Source of the DNA: a virus
IMG/VR virus record: IMGVR_UViG_3300009421_000003
Coordinates: 1 to 6,302 of that record
Direction: 5' to 3' (one strand)
DNA length: 6,302 nucleotides
The notes below the pieces were generated by a model, which saw only the letters and a program-made list of their open reading frames with translations, was not told where the DNA came from and searched no databases. The position numbers and the translations under genes were made by a program. Positions 5,158 to 6,302 of this stretch are shown here, piece after piece; positions within the stretch are counted from its first letter, which is position 1, and every line of letters starts with the position of its first letter.

Positions 5158-5267
5158 CAAGGGGCAAAGGGGAACGCAAGACGTTGTTTTTAATACGTTT
5201 TTGTGCGAAATGACAAGGTTTTAAAATCATTTTTGGTTTCGCTCCGCTTACATGCGCTAAAGCGCAT
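5151..5267. promoter_or_regulatory. Main non-coding intergenic region with nested stems and short direct repeats; candidate replication origin(s)
   Basis: Stem GCGTT/AACGC (5151-5155/5173-5177) encloses the direct repeat CAAGGGG CAAAGGGG (5158-5172). Direct repeat ACGTTGTTTTT (5181-5191) and ACGTTTTTG (5195-5203). Stem GCGAAA/TTTCGC (5205-5210/5237-5242). Palindrome ATGCGC-TAAA-GCGCAT (5252-5267) abuts the stop of the 86-aa ORF. Confidence 0.45.
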
Positions 5268-5527
5268 TAAAACAACTCTATCTGGTTAACGTCAGAGCTT
5301 GAAAAATGAGCTAAAATTGCATTTTGTGCAACCTGTAAAGCGGCTTTTTTAACCTCGGTAGACTTGTATTTTAAGCTGCTTGTTTTTATCAATTCAGTAA
5401 CAAAAAGATTAAAGTCCTTTGTTGGTAATTTGAGCAATCGACAGTATAAATTAAAAATAAATATTTCAGATGAAGTTAAAGTTGTGGACGTTCTTTGACC
5501 ATTTTTAGCATAAAAGTTGATCTTCAT
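5267..5527 (-). CDS. Hypothetical 86-aa protein, second gene of the small cassette; weak resemblance to ribbon-helix-helix (RHH_4-like) DNA-binding proteins
   Basis: SD GAAGG lies 9 nt upstream of ATG 5527, and the ORF starts 14 nt after the stop of the upstream ORF. The segment NGQRTSTTLTSSEIFIFNLY resembles the G-x-R-T-S-hydrophobic-x-L-x(3)-F-W strand-helix start of RHH_4 proteins (from memory, weak). No TM segment. Confidence 0.55.
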   Translation of the reverse strand: MKINFYAKNGQRTSTTLTSSEIFIFNLYCRLLKLPTKDFNLFVTELIKTSSLKYKSTEVKKAALQVAQNAILAHFSSSDVNQIELF

Positions 5528-5541
5528 TTTTATAAGCCTTC

Positions 5542-5769
5542 TTATTTTTGAAATCCAAGAGAATCATACCGACAAGTGAAGTTTGAGTTTTTTGTTAACT
5601 TTACAGGCACTTTAAAACCATCTGATGTAATCGCCCATGCTTGTACATCCCATTTAAAAACATGTTTAATGCTCGAATCTGTGAACAAGTCATTTTTTAA
5701 AGCGTATGGTTTAACTGGATGTATTCTGTATTTGCTGATTTGTGAATCTGTTAATGTAATCAATTTCAT
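5542..5769 (-). CDS. Hypothetical 75-aa protein, first gene of the small cassette (the ORF track's 95-aa version starts at a TTG inside the promoter)
   Basis: ATG at 5769 is preceded by AGGAA about 9 nt upstream. The track start at 5829 is TTG AGT ATA ATT, which is the TATAAT -10 box itself. No TM, signal peptide or motif that I recognise. Confidence 0.55.
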   Translation of the reverse strand: MKLITLTDSQISKYRIHPVKPYALKNDLFTDSSIKHVFKWDVQAWAITSDGFKVPVKLTKNSNFTCRYDSLGFQK

Positions 5770-5818
5770 GTGTGATATTCCTATTAAGTTTAGATGTGTT
5801 CCTAAGCAACTGAGTACA

Positions 5819-5853
5819 ATTATACTCAACTAATGAGTAAAAATCAACTCATT
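5819..5853 (-). promoter_or_regulatory. Strong sigma70-type promoter with an operator-like palindrome, driving the 75-aa/86-aa cassette
   Basis: Minus strand: TTGATT (5847..5842), exactly 17 nt, TATAAT (5824..5819). A perfect 7-bp inverted repeat AATGAGT-N8-ACTCATT (5832-5838 / 5847-5853) straddles the -35. Confidence 0.65.
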
Positions 5854-5930
5854 TGTGATTAAAAACACAAAATAAATAGAAATAAAAATCTAATAAAATC
5901 AATAACTTAAAGAAAAATATTTTTGAGGTT

Positions 5931-5961
5931 GTGCCTGGTTAATTTATAAATTAAAAGGCAC
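5931..5961 (-). terminator. Hairpin overlapping the gene I stop codon; possible terminator or attenuator separating gene I from the cassette promoter
   Basis: GTGCC (5931-5935) pairs with GGCAC (5957-5961), enclosing a perfect 16-nt AT palindrome TTAATTTATAAATTAA (5939-5954). There is no immediate U-tract on the minus strand (AACCTCAAAAATATTTTTC follows), so terminator function is uncertain. Confidence 0.35.
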
Positions 5962-6302
5962 AGTGGATATTTTTCTTTGTTTGCGGGTTAGTAGTAGAAA
6001 TTAATTGAGCTGAGCAATAATCAATACCTTGAACTTTGTAGCCATATTCCGAAGGGTAAAAAGATTCGCCTTCTTTTGAAAACGTATAAGTAATACCACC
6101 CAAAGAACGCACAACAGAACCACTAATAATAATTTTGTCTATCTGCGCCACTAGGTCAGAAGATGAATCTTCTGGCCTAGTGTCTTGATTGACCTTATGT
6201 GCGGCTAATATTTTTTTTAAGTCGTTTGGTTTGGTGTCACAACCGATTAATTTTTCATAAGAATCAGAACATGCAAAAGTACCGTTGATATAATCTTCAT
6301 AA
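5951..6302 (-). CDS. Gene I / Zot-family assembly protein, 3' part (6180-6302 duplicates 1-123; the unique C-terminal part is 6179..5951, ending ..KKNIHCAF)
   Basis: The frame is open from 6302 down to TAA at 5953..5951 and is in phase with the ORF leaving base 1 (923 + 229 = 1152 nt = 384 codons). The 66-aa track ORF (5951..6151) merely begins at an internal GTG of this frame. Confidence 0.9.
   Translation of the reverse strand, partial: YEDYINGTFACSDSYEKLIGCDTKPNDLKKILAAHKVNQDTRPEDSSSDLVAQIDKIIISGSVVRSLGGITYTFSKEGESFYPSEYGYKVQGIDYCSAQLISTTNPQTKKNIHCAF
6180..6302. repeat. Terminal direct repeat, right copy (identical to 1..123)
   Basis: Same as the left copy. Confidence 0.95.

Noticed and set aside
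4896-5230. Minus-strand ORFs of 77 aa (4896..5129) and 68 aa (5024..5230) overlapping the regulator gene and the IG
   Set aside because: Their sequences are hydrophobic and low-complexity. They run across the rep promoter and start region and the hairpin cluster. The plus-strand 73-aa reading has an SD and a coherent RHH-like pattern.
5576-5833. 85-aa plus-strand ORF antisense to the 75-aa cassette gene
   Set aside because: It is a shadow of the minus-strand ORF. It would have to be transcribed against a near-consensus minus-strand promoter, and there is no SD. The choice between the strands rests on the promoter, SD and operon context, so confidence is moderate rather than absolute.
5951-6151. 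66-aa ORF in the track (MAQIDKIIISG...) as an independent gene
   Set aside because: It starts at an internal GTG of a frame that stays open upstream to 6302 and is in phase with the gene I ORF leaving base 1. It is therefore the C-terminus of pI, not a separate gene. Whether an internal in-frame pXI-like product exists cannot be judged from the sequence.
1-6302. CRISPR arrays, tRNA/rRNA genes, transposases
   Set aside because: There are no regularly spaced repeats, no cloverleaf-compatible GC-rich 70-90-nt segments and no long non-coding regions. All space is taken by phage genes and two short intergenic regions.

Overview
The window is one complete, circularly permuted genome of a filamentous ssDNA phage (Inoviridae, Ff/CTXphi-like module order). 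Bases 1-123 are identical to 6180-6302, so the unit length is 6179 nt, and the gene I/Zot-like ORF is split across the window ends. All but one gene lie on the minus strand, so the packaged/coding strand is probably the reverse complement of what is shown. In phage orientation the order is: Rep (pII/RstA-like, 4882..3770), putative ssDNA-binding protein (3770..3468), a 33-aa pVII/pIX-like ORF missing from the ORF track (3465..3364), major coat protein (3308..3078) with a textbook intrinsic terminator, a 168-aa secreted and anchored mini-pIII protein, a 444-aa pIII-like adsorption protein, a pVI-like protein, and the pI/Zot-like assembly ATPase (923..1 joined to 6179..5951, 383 aa). These are followed by a two-gene cassette of unknown function (75 aa and 86 aa) with its own near-consensus promoter. 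A hairpin-rich intergenic region and a single divergently oriented small ribbon-helix-helix-like regulator (4936..5157, +) sit next to rep. I see no secretin (gene IV), integrase, tRNA, rRNA or CRISPR. The points most worth follow-up are the orphan two-gene cassette, the 168-aa protein that shares its linker with pIII and its C-terminus with the major coat protein, the thrombospondin-type-3-like calcium-binding repeats in pIII, and the GC-rich hairpins inside the regulator ORF. All homology statements come from reading motifs and from remembered Ff protein sequences; no searches were run.
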